64,000 bases of DNA, from IMG/VR virus record IMGVR_UViG_3300042881_004667, one strand, 5' to 3'. Below, piece after piece: positions 8,321 through 17,886 of the stretch (its first letter is position 1; each line of letters begins with the position of its first letter). This stretch comes from an uncultured virus (IMG/VR IMGVR_UViG_3300042881_004667). Taxonomy: Duplodnaviria > Heunggongvirae > Uroviricota > Caudoviricetes. The notes under the pieces were generated by a model. It was not told where the DNA came from and did no database searches. It saw nothing but the letters and a program-made list of their open reading frames with translations. A program made the position numbers and the translations under genes.

Positions 8321-8860
8321 TTATTCACTGGGAAAATTAAGACAAACGAATGTGGAGTTAAACGCGTTAGCTTTTTCATCATAAGCTATAGCTGCTTCAA
8401 GTTCCGTTTTAAATGTACCTAGTCGATAGCATTTACCTTTGTACTGAATTTTAGCAGTCCATTTATTTGTACGCTTTTCAAAAGCAACTCCTTTATATTT
8501 ACTTGTACTGTTTGTTCTTTTTGGTTTATTTCTATTTAGTTTGTTCGTTTGATGAGTTGCGAGTCTTAAATTTTCAATGTTGTTATTTGATTTATTCTGA
8601 TCAATGTGATCAATTAACTTTTCTGCAGGGTCTTTTAAGCAAGATAAAAACCATACAATTCTGTGTGTTAAATACATTTTAGGAGTCGGAAAATTAATTC
8701 CTACCAGCCAATAACCTTTTTTATTTTTATAACCAGCGATATCACCCGTTTTTAGTTTTTTAGATCTGGGATTTTTCCAGCGCAAACCACTGGGAGAATC
8801 CGGATCAACTGTAAAAAGATGTTTTAGTAATTCAAGGTCGGGAAGCTTTTTTGCTATCAT
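8321..8860 (-). CDS. HNH-AP2 homing endonuclease
   Basis: HRIVW...IDHIDQNKSNNNIENLR HNH core followed by AP2-like SKYKGV...W.AKI...LGTF.TELEAAIAYD. Confidence 0.88.
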   Translation of the reverse strand: MIAKKLPDLELLKHLFTVDPDSPSGLRWKNPRSKKLKTGDIAGYKNKKGYWLVGINFPTPKMYLTHRIVWFLSCLKDPAEKLIDHIDQNKSNNNIENLRLATHQTNKLNRNKPKRTNSTSKYKGVAFEKRTNKWTAKIQYKGKCYRLGTFKTELEAAIAYDEKANAFNSTFVCLNFPSE

Positions 8861-8931
8861 TTGAAAGTGACCAGGAACATTGGTTGCCACGGAGCAGGAG
8901 GCTGCAACCTCGCTGCTCTTACATTTTATAC

Positions 8932-9495
8932 CTATCCGTTTCTGAGTGTGGCCTTTACGAACCAAGCGGATTTAAATGCTTGTCCGCATAAATCACTAAG
9001 ATAGTTTTGAATGTCAATGGCACCCACCTTGGCAGCAACAGGTTCTAGTTTTTTGGTTTTCATTCCCAGCTCTTCAAGATTTTTATAGTACACAGTGAGC
9101 ATATCTGTGTTTTTGTAGCTAGTAACGTGCTGAATACCTGGACCAGAGTCAGCTAGACCTCTGGCACACATGGGCATCAGGTAATCCATCGACCGAATAA
9201 ATTCAGCCAACGTATCAAACTGTTCCAAGTGACTCTCGTATTGACCTTTAAGGAACCCGTGGAGCCCAAGAAAGTTTGCACCTTCAATGTTGAGGTGAAT
9301 CAAATGGGATTGTGTTTCAAGTTCCTTGAGGTAGGAGGAAAGGGAGATGCATTGCTGGATGAAGGCCCCGACGTCACCGTTCTTTGATTTACCAGGAGCC
9401 TTGGGCTTTGCTTGAGGCTCTGGAGTCACCCCAGAATTGAGTGGTTCCACCCCCATCTGGGGTGGTTGTTGCGTTTGAGGACCAGGGGTATACAT
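8932..9495 (-). CDS. dps: Dps/ferritin-like DNA-protection protein
   Basis: HLIHLNIEGANFLGLH...Y...DTLAEFIR matches the Dps ferroxidase-site pattern. Confidence 0.7.
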   Translation of the reverse strand: MYTPGPQTQQPPQMGVEPLNSGVTPEPQAKPKAPGKSKNGDVGAFIQQCISLSSYLKELETQSHLIHLNIEGANFLGLHGFLKGQYESHLEQFDTLAEFIRSMDYLMPMCARGLADSGPGIQHVTSYKNTDMLTVYYKNLEELGMKTKKLEPVAAKVGAIDIQNYLSDLCGQAFKSAWFVKATLRNG

Positions 9496-9540
9496 AGCTT
9501 TTAATCAATAGTTCTAGTTTACCAAAAACAAATCAACCCC

Positions 9541-10863
9541 TCAGCGAGAGATTTCCTCCCAGTCCATAGATGCCAAGACATCTGAGCCAGCTTGTGCACT
9601 GCTGCAAGCCAGAGTCAATTCTGTGGCAGTACTGGTAAGACCATTGCGTTCTAACTGGAATGCAAACAATGCTTCTTTCAAGATGTCAATAACGGTCGAA
9701 CCTTGGTTGGAACCAGTAGCAAAACCACTTGCTAACACACGTCCTGTTCCCATGGTAAAAGAAGTGCCAGTGATGTTGTACTCAACGGAAGAAGTTGCTC
9801 CAGTGGTATCCCATGACCCACCTGTGGTTGTACCACCGGTAATTACTTTCCAGTTGTAGTTTGAATTGTTAGTAATACCCATGATTGATAAGGCGGTCAA
9901 GATAACAATTGCATCAAGACGAGTTGATTTAAGACGAATAGAAATAACAGGATACTCAGTGGAAACGTTTGTTAAATCACGTGGTGATGCAACCGGAGTA
10001 CCAATGGCAGACTGTGCTCCACGTAGTTCGTAGCCACCTTCCGATAAGACTGTCGAACAAACTTGCTTTAATGTACTGCTGCTTGCCGTAGTACCTACAT
10101 TAGTAATTTCATAACGCAACGGCAAAGATGCCGTTGTTATATAAGTGGATGTGATCAAGTTGGCGTGATGGAATGAATGGCAGTGAATGAATGCACCATT
10201 GATAACAAACCCTGCACGCACGGTACCAAGGCCAAGCCATTCAATATCAAACCAAAGGATTTGAGCCTTGGTAAGATCAAGCGTAAAACCTGAGGGTCCG
10301 TTGCCATCTAGTTTGTCAATGTTCCAGTTGGCTTGCAGTACACGTGTTTCAGTAACACTTCCAGTCACAGCACTACGTTCAACAAGGGCAGGTTCTGTGG
10401 TACCACTAACCTCTAGGTACACACCATTAGAAGCACCGTAGTAACCAACACGTTGACGCAAGTTAGCCTTTGGTGCATTCATTACAAAGGTCGACATAAA
10501 CAACAGGGATTTCCCTGGTTGATATGAACAGACCTTGTTGGTTTCTCTGATGATCTCAGAACCAGATGTAGTGGTTACGTTGAGTTCAACAAGACCTTGG
10601 TTTGCATTGAATGCAGAAGTACCACCGGTACCACTGGACGTAGACCACAAACCATTGTCGTTGTAACGATGGCTTGAATCAAAGAGAGTTAGAGGTGCTG
10701 ATACACGCGTACGTCCAAATGCATCTCCTGCCATGCCAGCGGGTTGCACGTAAGTACTTGTACCACTTGCCGTTGTGACTTCTAGTGGTTCCCCACTACA
10801 CGTCTGTACTTTGATAACTTCATAAAGAAGATCTTTACGACGTGGGTCTCTATATAACGGCAT
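9541..10863 (-). CDS. probable virion structural protein
   Basis: 440 aa, Thr/Ser/Gly-rich, DAFGRTRVS...YQPGKS...EWLGLG motifs typical of a widespread phage virion family. Confidence 0.6.
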   Translation of the reverse strand: MPLYRDPRRKDLLYEVIKVQTCSGEPLEVTTASGTSTYVQPAGMAGDAFGRTRVSAPLTLFDSSHRYNDNGLWSTSSGTGGTSAFNANQGLVELNVTTTSGSEIIRETNKVCSYQPGKSLLFMSTFVMNAPKANLRQRVGYYGASNGVYLEVSGTTEPALVERSAVTGSVTETRVLQANWNIDKLDGNGPSGFTLDLTKAQILWFDIEWLGLGTVRAGFVINGAFIHCHSFHHANLITSTYITTASLPLRYEITNVGTTASSSTLKQVCSTVLSEGGYELRGAQSAIGTPVASPRDLTNVSTEYPVISIRLKSTRLDAIVILTALSIMGITNNSNYNWKVITGGTTTGGSWDTTGATSSVEYNITGTSFTMGTGRVLASGFATGSNQGSTVIDILKEALFAFQLERNGLTSTATELTLACSSAQAGSDVLASMDWEEISR

Positions 10864-10900
10864 GTCATTTAATCTATATATTCTTTATTATCGCATTGAT

Positions 10901-11140
10901 TTACTGGGAGTTTTTACTTTGTATGATGGCACGCCTCCAATCTGCCCGTAGATGTCCATAGTCTCGAGGCTCGGTAACAAGCGCATCTTCTGCTTCACAC
11001 ATCTCACAAGTTCCTTTATGAAAGGTTGCGCAGTGATGAGGCGGCCCAACGTATGAGCCGCGTTTGTACCACGTGCCATAGGTCTCGCCACAGCTATGGC
11101 AGATCCACGCAGGATATTCAGGATCCCTGGAACGCACCAT
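10901..11140 (-). CDS. small Zn-binding protein
   Basis: CHSC and CEMC pairs; start overlaps upstream stop. Confidence 0.55.
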   Translation of the reverse strand: MVRSRDPEYPAWICHSCGETYGTWYKRGSYVGPPHHCATFHKGTCEMCEAEDALVTEPRDYGHLRADWRRAIIQSKNSQ

Positions 11141-11490
11141 CAGTCTTGTGTAAGGTTGTTGTAACGCAGCATATCAAGCAACTCTTTTGACTTTTCATAT
11201 TCTTTGCGAGCAGCCTCTGCGTTTTCGTACGCAGCTTTATAAAAAGCTTTGTACAAATCCTTACCAGATAGTTCGTACTGATACTCAGCAAGGGTGTCAG
11301 CAAAGTGTTCCTGAGCTTTGCTCATCCACATTACCTTGGCTGCACTATCAACAGCGTCAGTAGTGTCGTGCATATTCTCACGTGAGTCTTTGGTCACAAG
11401 AGGCTCATCCATTTGTGCAACAATGCGATGTTTTTTGTACCAGTCTTGCCAACCCTTGATGGCATCTACGGGTTCATGAGGATGTTCCAT
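11140..11490 (-). CDS. hypothetical protein
   Basis: coupled ORF. Confidence 0.65.
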   Translation of the reverse strand: MEHPHEPVDAIKGWQDWYKKHRIVAQMDEPLVTKDSRENMHDTTDAVDSAAKVMWMSKAQEHFADTLAEYQYELSGKDLYKAFYKAAYENAEAARKEYEKSKELLDMLRYNNLTQD

Positions 11491-11741
11491 CAGTCAAGAA
11501 TGACAGGCTGTAGTTTTTTTTCATGATAAAGGCGAATGGCTTCTTGCATTTCAAACCAACGCTCACGTGCGAGAGGACCTGCTTCCCTTACACAGAAATC
11601 CTGGTACAGACCAGTGTAAAGACCATGCATGGGGTGGTCAGGATTTTCACGTCCCGAGCATTTGTACATGTGCTCAAGAAAAATTTGTTTCTTCTCCTCT
11701 TCTTTGACGTTAAAGTCGCGGAGATAATCAGTGTTCATCAT
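11490..11741 (-). CDS. hypothetical protein
   Basis: coupled ORF. Confidence 0.6.
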   Translation of the reverse strand: MMNTDYLRDFNVKEEEKKQIFLEHMYKCSGRENPDHPMHGLYTGLYQDFCVREAGPLARERWFEMQEAIRLYHEKKLQPVILD

Positions 11742-11931
11742 CGTTGGAATACAGCGCAGAGATATTAGAGGTTACACCAATTACTTGTTCAATGTCAAAT
11801 AGCATGTCATGGATTTCGTCTTGAATGAAGTCAGCTATTTCATCGGCAGTCTTGCCGTTAAAAGTGTTGCAAGCTACCTCAACGTCAACCGTGTATGAGA
11901 CGGTGAGCTTAGGTACGTAGACAGGATCCAT
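11728..11931 (-). CDS. hypothetical acidic protein
   Basis: ORF from MDPVYVPK. Confidence 0.55.
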   Translation of the reverse strand: MDPVYVPKLTVSYTVDVEVACNTFNGKTADEIADFIQDEIHDMLFDIEQVIGVTSNISALYSNDDEH

Positions 11932-11974
11932 TGCTAGTGATGATGACGGTTCCAGCCTACCAGATTTTTGGAAG

Positions 11975-12340
11975 CTATACCATGAATTTACCGGCAAGTT
12001 TTTTGATTGGGTTCATTACAGTATCTTGCATAATGCTAGGAAAATTTTGTGCCATACGCATGACTTCCCCTGGTCCCAAGGAAGAAGATGATATATCTAC
12101 ACGTGGGGAAGAAACACCTGTACGATCAATTTCAATATCACTTGGGTTTACAGCAATATTGATCTGACTATAACCTCGACGCGGAAGGTGTTTACTGTAT
12201 TGAGCAAAACGATCACCTCCAAGTTGCCAAGGAGATGTTGCATCTAAAGAACTCCATGCTGTATTGGCGTCATAACGACTGCCTAATCTACTGGCTGTAG
12301 TTGCCGCTTTATCTTGCGGCGTACCAAATACGTCAGGCAT
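11975..12340 (-). CDS. hypothetical protein
   Basis: 121-aa ORF. Confidence 0.6.
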   Translation of the reverse strand: MPDVFGTPQDKAATTASRLGSRYDANTAWSSLDATSPWQLGGDRFAQYSKHLPRRGYSQINIAVNPSDIEIDRTGVSSPRVDISSSSLGPGEVMRMAQNFPSIMQDTVMNPIKKLAGKFMV

Positions 12341-12341
12341 T

Positions 12342-12605
12342 TTAGTTACCTAATAGACGTTCTAATGAATGGGCTTGATGCTCTTGGTAATAACCAAGAC
12401 GTTTTTGAATGAGGTTATAGTAATTGATTGCAGCATCTACCATCTCTTCTGCATCCATGGAGGATGCAAGGTTCTCATTAGCAAGCATGGATGCGGTCAA
12501 GATGACAACACCATGCTCCATCTTGGAACCAATCGTTGCGGAAAGAGGAGTTCCATCCTGGGTAAACCCAGCAATTAATTTATTAAGGACTGGATCACCG
12601 CCCAT
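12342..12605 (-). CDS. hypothetical protein
   Basis: 87-aa ORF with upstream AGGAG. Confidence 0.65.
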   Translation of the reverse strand: MGGDPVLNKLIAGFTQDGTPLSATIGSKMEHGVVILTASMLANENLASSMDAEEMVDAAINYYNLIQKRLGYYQEHQAHSLERLLGN

Positions 12606-12639
12606 GGAACTCCTACTGCTTTAACTATTGTACTGGTAT

Positions 12640-13245
12640 TTACTTACTTGCTTTTTCTTTTTGCAAGTAGTACCAGTATGCATTGGATGCGTTCTGATGA
12701 AACCGTTTTCCAACAAGAAGCTTAAGCTTCTTTTGCTCTAGGTCTTCGTATTCATCCATGCAATAAGGTGCCACTTCACCACCATCTTTGACCATGTCGA
12801 TCTGCAACTTGTTCATCTCAAGTTGCAATTCAAAATCTTTGACGGCATGTAGATGACAATCCATCTTGATGCACGCATCTTCAAGATTCGTCGGTGCTGG
12901 GATCTTCTCGTAGAAGCTCGTCTGGATACTCGGATGAAACCAATTCCATTCGGGGCTCACTGAAGATTCGTTTGGAACGGACGGAGTACTCTTGGACGAC
13001 CTTGACTCCTGTTGGAAGTTGCCGACCTTCTTGATAGGCGCTGCGTATGGCATCGAGATTAGGGAGGATTTTAGTGACGGTTTTAGGTTCAGTTCTGGTG
13101 GATAGAACTTCTCCTGACATTGATCGTACAACAACTTGCTTTGTTGTTGTGACTTCTTCTTCAATGCAATAATCTGCTCGCTCTTGAGTATGCCAAAACT
13201 CTGGATCCGTGGTGACTTCGACGGTAAGTTCTTTTTTGCGGACAA
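12640..13245 (-). CDS. hypothetical protein (true start uncertain; 5' part overlaps the Gp157 gene)
   Basis: 3' half fills the gap after the Gp157 gene. Confidence 0.5.
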   Translation of the reverse strand: MSAKKNLPSKSPRIQSFGILKSEQIIALKKKSQQQSKLLYDQCQEKFYPPELNLKPSLKSSLISMPYAAPIKKVGNFQQESRSSKSTPSVPNESSVSPEWNWFHPSIQTSFYEKIPAPTNLEDACIKMDCHLHAVKDFELQLEMNKLQIDMVKDGGEVAPYCMDEYEDLEQKKLKLLVGKRFHQNASNAYWYYLQKEKASK

Positions 13246-13600
13246 GGGTGAACTGATAATTGCGACCTGTGATTTTGTTCGAGTCCAGAGGAAGGACTCG
13301 ACGTAGGTAATTTAGCAGGCCTTTCAGCGACCGCAACTGGGATTCGTGGTGACGCTTGGATTGCGTAATGAGATCGCCTTCTTTCTTGATGCGTTCAAGG
13401 GCATCCTCATGCGCCGCCATTGCGTAATAGATACGATCAATTTTTTCTGACCGTAAGTCGGCGCAAGATTCAAGCTCTGCTTTAGCCAGTTCTTGGGACT
13501 CAGGAGTGAGAAGAGGCAAAGACTTTTCGAGAGCAGCATAATGCTCGTAGAGTTTGATGACAGATAAGTCCTTGAGTTTAGCGTGGGTAACTTGAGTCAT
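12881..13600 (-). CDS. Siphovirus Gp157-like protein
   Basis: EKIDRIYY...coiled coil...PNLDAIRSAYQEGRQLPTGV pattern. Confidence 0.7.
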   Translation of the reverse strand: MTQVTHAKLKDLSVIKLYEHYAALEKSLPLLTPESQELAKAELESCADLRSEKIDRIYYAMAAHEDALERIKKEGDLITQSKRHHESQLRSLKGLLNYLRRVLPLDSNKITGRNYQFTLVRKKELTVEVTTDPEFWHTQERADYCIEEEVTTTKQVVVRSMSGEVLSTRTEPKTVTKILPNLDAIRSAYQEGRQLPTGVKVVQEYSVRSKRIFSEPRMELVSSEYPDELLREDPSTDES

Positions 13601-13603
13601 GGT

Positions 13604-13717
13604 TCAGTTGAATTGAAATTGGAATTTGTTGAGTGCGTAGGTCAGCAGAGCTCCGGCTGCTGCCCACAACAAATCTTTGATCACCGGAAGTACGGCGGCA
13701 AACAAGGATTCAAACAT
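13604..13717 (-). CDS. small membrane protein (37 aa)
   Basis: MFESLFAAVLPVIKDLLWAAAGALLTYALNKFQFQFN; preceded by a pseudoknot leader. Confidence 0.55.
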   Translation of the reverse strand: MFESLFAAVLPVIKDLLWAAAGALLTYALNKFQFQFN

Positions 13718-13736
13718 GGTGTGGTGTTGAGATGGG

Positions 13737-13764
13737 TGGTCAGTTTTACGTCATGACCAGGACG
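13737..13764 (-). promoter_or_regulatory. 28-nt leader pseudoknot, copy 1
   Basis: RNA CGUC C UGGUCA U GACG UAAAAC UGACCA. Confidence 0.7.
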
Positions 13765-13786
13765 GCGTCCCTGCAGGGCGGCGTGT

Positions 13787-14173
13787 TTAGTCTACCAGGA
13801 GATCACTAATGCCGGTAAGCCCCTTGGTAGTGACCGCGATCAACTCAGCAACGTAGTCGTTCAGTGCTTCGACCTTGGTATTGACAGCCTGGATCTCAGC
13901 CAACAGCTCTTCCCTAGAAGGATAGATACCTAGCAGATCAGTATCTTTGAGAGCCTCGGGGTTGTTACTCTTTTGGTACCGCCGACAATCATCGTTGGTA
14001 GTGTACACAGCTTCTTGGTACATCTCTGAGACAGTTTTGAAGTCGACATTGCCGACCCCTTCGCTGCTCAAAATGTTGCAGGTATCAAGGTAAAGTTTGG
14101 CAGCAGCACGGATGTTCTTGTGGAAGAACTCGGTGTACTGCTCAGAGGGAAGTCCGTAGGTGTCAATCGACAT
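13787..14173 (-). CDS. hypothetical protein
   Basis: ORF from MSIDTYG. Confidence 0.65.
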   Translation of the reverse strand: MSIDTYGLPSEQYTEFFHKNIRAAAKLYLDTCNILSSEGVGNVDFKTVSEMYQEAVYTTNDDCRRYQKSNNPEALKDTDLLGIYPSREELLAEIQAVNTKVEALNDYVAELIAVTTKGLTGISDLLVD

Positions 14174-14408
14174 AGCAATCACAAGCTTCTCGGAGTGCAT
14201 CAATCATAAACGTTTCTTGGCCTTCTGGACCTAGGTCGGTCCACCATTGAAGATCAGGATCTGTTTCATCCCATTCAATGTGAATGGTCATGGAACCATC
14301 GTCTTCATCAATGCATTCAATCTGTAGCTTGTTGATCGAGTCCGGATTCAATATGCCCAATGAGGATGTGTTCTGCATAAGTTTCACAATCAGTTTTGAT
14401 CTCTGCAC
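14163..14408 (-). CDS. hypothetical acidic protein (start uncertain)
   Basis: ORF in operon context. Confidence 0.45.
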   Translation of the reverse strand: MQRSKLIVKLMQNTSSLGILNPDSINKLQIECIDEDDGSMTIHIEWDETDPDLQWWTDLGPEGQETFMIDALREACDCYVD

Positions 14409-14547
14409 CTAGCTTAACAAGACCCCAGTAGGTGTCTTCATCAAGTTCAAGGTGTAGTGAGTACTTGCCATTAGGTAGCATCATTTGTTTTGGAAAAGGT
14501 TTGTTGATTAACTCTACGGCGTACTTGCGTAGCTCAGGGTCAATCAT
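14317..14547 (-). CDS. hypothetical protein
   Basis: ORF from MIDPELRKY. Confidence 0.5.
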   Translation of the reverse strand: MIDPELRKYAVELINKPFPKQMMLPNGKYSLHLELDEDTYWGLVKLGAEIKTDCETYAEHILIGHIESGLDQQATD

Positions 14548-14627
14548 TGAATCGTTAGACTTAATTGTGAGTATTGTACTGGGGCATTGAGTACCCAACA
14601 AAACAGTACCGTCATTAACTTGGAATG

Positions 14628-15569
14628 TCATTGCTTCTTGATAGCAGACTTGAGTTGTGGCAATGCAGTACCAGGGAATGGAACGTAGCCAGCCTCCATC
14701 ATATTGAAGAACAGATCCCATGCATCATGCTGCGTAAAGATCTCCTTCGGTTTGTAGGTACGCCAATGTGTCAGCGGAGCTTGTGCCCCTGAGTTTGTAT
14801 ACAACAATACAAAGCGTCCATCACTGATGTGGTCAGCAGGTGGTGCGTACCACCAACTAACACACTTCTCAGGTGTACCACTGGGACTAGCGTTGCGTGC
14901 TTCAGTGCGCTTGCACAGCAGCTCACGGTACTTGTTGAACCAACTCAGGTGGATGCACCAGGGTTTGAATCCTTCGATCTCGGACGCAAAGTCAGATACG
15001 TTGCTGAGCTGACGCTGATACGACCCACACGAACACCAAGGTTCACCCACGACAGGTGTGGACTGGTCAGCTTCCATGTCGCTGTCAAAGTCAATGGGCC
15101 GATTCGGAAGCCGCAATCCATCTGGTGCAACCAGATGTCCAATATCCGTTTGGTCAGACTGGAGGAGGTGGAGGACTTTGTTGGTGTCTGATACATGTAT
15201 AAATTTGTCAGCCCAATGCGCTTGGAGTTTTGCATTAGATGTCAGGTGTCCGAGTGCGTGCGAGTAGTTCCATCCTTTAAACAATACGTAAGCATTGTTG
15301 TGCCATACACTAGGGCCACGATAATTAGGACCAAGATAGGAAAAGAAATCTTTGAGACGGTGGGTGTAGTTTGTATGGGCAACCTTGATTAGTTCCCTGT
15401 TGTAAGCCTGCTCACTACCATCGCGGCGCACCACAAGGCAATCGTCACCTCGCAGATAAATGCCGGCGACTTCAGTGTCATCAAAATCCTGGAACGCACG
15501 CCGGATGTTAGACCGTGTGTAGATCGCCGCTTGCGCCGCGTTGAGTTCGAGTTGGGTTTGAGTTGACAT
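14628..15569 (-). CDS. SWIM zinc-finger-containing protein
   Basis: CSCGSY...PWCIH CxC-n-CxH pattern. Confidence 0.65.
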   Translation of the reverse strand: MSTQTQLELNAAQAAIYTRSNIRRAFQDFDDTEVAGIYLRGDDCLVVRRDGSEQAYNRELIKVAHTNYTHRLKDFFSYLGPNYRGPSVWHNNAYVLFKGWNYSHALGHLTSNAKLQAHWADKFIHVSDTNKVLHLLQSDQTDIGHLVAPDGLRLPNRPIDFDSDMEADQSTPVVGEPWCSCGSYQRQLSNVSDFASEIEGFKPWCIHLSWFNKYRELLCKRTEARNASPSGTPEKCVSWWYAPPADHISDGRFVLLYTNSGAQAPLTHWRTYKPKEIFTQHDAWDLFFNMMEAGYVPFPGTALPQLKSAIKKQ

Positions 15570-15587
15570 GGTTGGTGTTGAGTTGAG

Positions 15588-15797
15588 TTAGTGGTTGCGC
15601 CAGTAGTCCTGCTGGGCCTGGTCCTCCTTGGCTTTCTGGTACGCCCCCTTAGCCATCCTATACGATCCATAGATCACGGCAGCCCAGGCTGCGGGAGATG
15701 GTAACAGTAGCGCCACAGCAGCGGTGACCAGTGCCGTGGTGCCACCCACCTTAATAGCAGCTTTTTTCTCAGGTCTCATGTGTTGAATCCTTAACAC
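15588..15797 (-). CDS. small membrane protein
   Basis: hydrophobic segment TALVTAAVALLL. Confidence 0.5.
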   Translation of the reverse strand: MLRIQHMRPEKKAAIKVGGTTALVTAAVALLLPSPAAWAAVIYGSYRMAKGAYQKAKEDQAQQDYWRNH

Positions 15798-15841
15798 AAA
15801 CGGAAGGTTTAAGTCAAGTCTACTGTTGGAAGTAGAATACT

Positions 15842-16054
15842 TTGAAACAATTAAATCCCATGTTGCAATTTGAAATGGGTCCAGAGGAAGCCTTCTGGCA
15901 AGAGAAGATGATACGTTCCATTAAAGAATGCAATTCAATGAGTGAGTTAAAAGAAATGGCGACCTTACTTACAAAAATCGCCACGATGCGTCAGGTAGCT
16001 ATCAAAGGTTTAGTGAAGGATGCCATGGACTTGATGAGTAATCAAATTACTTAA
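15842..16054 (+). CDS. hypothetical helical protein
   Basis: 70-aa ORF with upstream TAGAAT. Confidence 0.55.
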   Translation: MKQLNPMLQFEMGPEEAFWQEKMIRSIKECNSMSELKEMATLLTKIATMRQVAIKGLVKDAMDLMSNQIT

Positions 16055-16499
16055 TTTTAAGCAAGTGATTACGTACGGTATGCCTGTGACAATTAAGTAT
16101 TTTTGCTATCTGTTGGTTTGTATAACCTTGTAAATAAAGTTGTTTTATCTGTAAAGAATTATAAAATTTATTGCTTTTGTTTTCTTTTATGCCATTTGAA
16201 AATCTTCCTTTTGTCATTTTATCTTTTATATTTTCCAATTGAGTTCCTGCTCTTAAATGCAAGGGATTGCAACAAGAAGGATTGTCACAGGTATGCATTA
16301 CCACTTGATTTGCATCGAGTTGTTTATTCCAAAATAAAACATAAGAAAAACGGTGCGCCAAATATTCTTTGTGTTTAAATTTAAAACGTCCATATCCTGT
16401 TACATATTTGTTTGCCAACCAAGGCCAGCAAGCATTTAAACCACCTTCGCAATCAATTCTTTCAAGGAAATTTTTGTACGTGTTTGGTTTTTGTGTCAT
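16047..16499 (-). CDS. HNH endonuclease with C-terminal HTH
   Basis: CWPW...GYGRF...AHRFSY...VMHTCDNPSCCNPLHL...GT..EN. Confidence 0.88.
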   Translation of the reverse strand: MTQKPNTYKNFLERIDCEGGLNACWPWLANKYVTGYGRFKFKHKEYLAHRFSYVLFWNKQLDANQVVMHTCDNPSCCNPLHLRAGTQLENIKDKMTKGRFSNGIKENKSNKFYNSLQIKQLYLQGYTNQQIAKILNCHRHTVRNHLLKIK

Positions 16500-16502
16500 G
16501 AT

Positions 16503-16523
16503 AAAAGCCCTGCTTTGCAGGGC
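16503..16523 (-). terminator. intrinsic terminator
   Basis: minus strand GCCCTGC-aaa-GCAGGGC-TTTT. Confidence 0.6.
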
Positions 16524-16544
16524 GGGAACTGTTTTAGTTTTAGG

Positions 16545-17564
16545 TCAGAGAAGGCTTTCGTCCTCTCCAGTAAGTTCATCACGTGCTGGCAATGCTTTTA
16601 CATCAACTGCATCGACACCCCGAGAAACGGGGAGGATCTCAACACCTTCTTTGATTCCATACGCACCACCAAGACGTTTTGCGTCTTGTTGTGCATGTTG
16701 GTTAATGTAACCTTGAAACAACTCTTGAGCGCGCCAAGTTGATTCACGATCTTCATCGGGAATACTAAGGCGATTAAGAGATACAATCGCTTCCTCCTGG
16801 GAACTATAATCAGGAATTTCGAATGATTCAACAGCGCAAATTTCTACGTTGTTGCCTCCACGCATATCATTAACAAGTGTAGGAATAAAAACGGTAGTAG
16901 CATAAAACTTTTCATTGAATGCCAAAGGAAACTCAGAATCCAGTGCTTTGCTTAGGCACTTAGACATTTCTTTTTCGTACAGCTTTACTTTAGAAGAAAC
17001 ATCTGTACCATTCAAACCTTTAAGAGTAAGCACCATAGGATTGCTATGGGCTCGCTTATTATCCTGCGTCAAAATATATACAAGATATTTAGTACGCACG
17101 CTGTATTTGCGCTTATAAAGTTCGCCCTTGCTGTTGGCAAGGTCGGATGCAATCTTGTCGTTTTCAAACATGGCTTTAACCTCTGGATCTTCAAAGGTGC
17201 CAATCGTTTGACGCATCCCAGTTGTTTCTTCCACCATCAGTGGAGAACGCAACAGGATCTGAACACGAGGTTCCGTGAAGTTAAGTCCCTCTTCAACAGA
17301 GGTATTAGGTGCCATACCAAAGGTCTGCTTGTAGTTCCAGATGACGGAACCATTAGCAAACTCATCTTCGGTAGCAGTCCATCCGCAAGTATCAAGATCA
17401 GACTTGCGGACAAACCAACCACGTACCTTTGATTTGTTTAGTGGTTGAATTGTTACAAGATTCTGGTAGCCAGAGACAAACTCTTTGGCTTGGAAAAGCT
17501 TAAAGGAATCAAGTCCCCTGGATGCAAGCGCAGAAGTTTTCTTGGTGGTCATGGAAGAAGTCAT
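16545..17564 (-). CDS. conserved hypothetical protein in the replication/recombination module
   Basis: 339-aa ORF with acidic C-terminus, near SSB; function not recognised. Confidence 0.75.
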   Translation of the reverse strand: MTSSMTTKKTSALASRGLDSFKLFQAKEFVSGYQNLVTIQPLNKSKVRGWFVRKSDLDTCGWTATEDEFANGSVIWNYKQTFGMAPNTSVEEGLNFTEPRVQILLRSPLMVEETTGMRQTIGTFEDPEVKAMFENDKIASDLANSKGELYKRKYSVRTKYLVYILTQDNKRAHSNPMVLTLKGLNGTDVSSKVKLYEKEMSKCLSKALDSEFPLAFNEKFYATTVFIPTLVNDMRGGNNVEICAVESFEIPDYSSQEEAIVSLNRLSIPDEDRESTWRAQELFQGYINQHAQQDAKRLGGAYGIKEGVEILPVSRGVDAVDVKALPARDELTGEDESLL

Positions 17565-17584
17565 GGTTGTTTCGTAGTCAGGAG

Positions 17585-17612
17585 TAAGCAGTTTAACGTC
17601 ATGCTCAGGACG
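17585..17612 (-). promoter_or_regulatory. 28-nt leader pseudoknot, copy 2
   Basis: RNA CGUC C UGAGCA U GACG UUAAAC UGCUUA. Confidence 0.7.
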
Positions 17613-17617
17613 GTCCA

Positions 17618-17860
17618 TCAGTCTAAACCGATAAGATTATCCTGTTGAGCAGGAAGCTTAATCGGTTGTAAAACTTCAAAATACATCTCAGCTTTTTCTT
17701 GCATAGCCTCATGAATAGAGGATTCGCAATAGCCGCAACCCTTTAAAAAATCAATGATGTGTCCAATAACATCATCGGCAATAACACCTTTAAATTCATG
17801 TAAAACCTTGGTGTGCTCATCCTCATAGAGGAGAGTGAACTGATCATGCGTCGGTGTCAT
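17618..17860 (-). CDS. hypothetical protein
   Basis: 80-aa ORF (...DFLKGCGY...). Confidence 0.6.
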   Translation of the reverse strand: MTPTHDQFTLLYEDEHTKVLHEFKGVIADDVIGHIIDFLKGCGYCESSIHEAMQEKAEMYFEVLQPIKLPAQQDNLIGLD

Positions 17861-17886
17861 TGTAAATCAAGTTGAAGAGGCATGAA

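Noticed and set aside
16047..16499. Gene-end replacement around this HNH, and around those at 22589 and 31555
   Set aside because: No duplicated neighbour-gene fragment found by eye; they appear to be intergenic free-standing nucleases.
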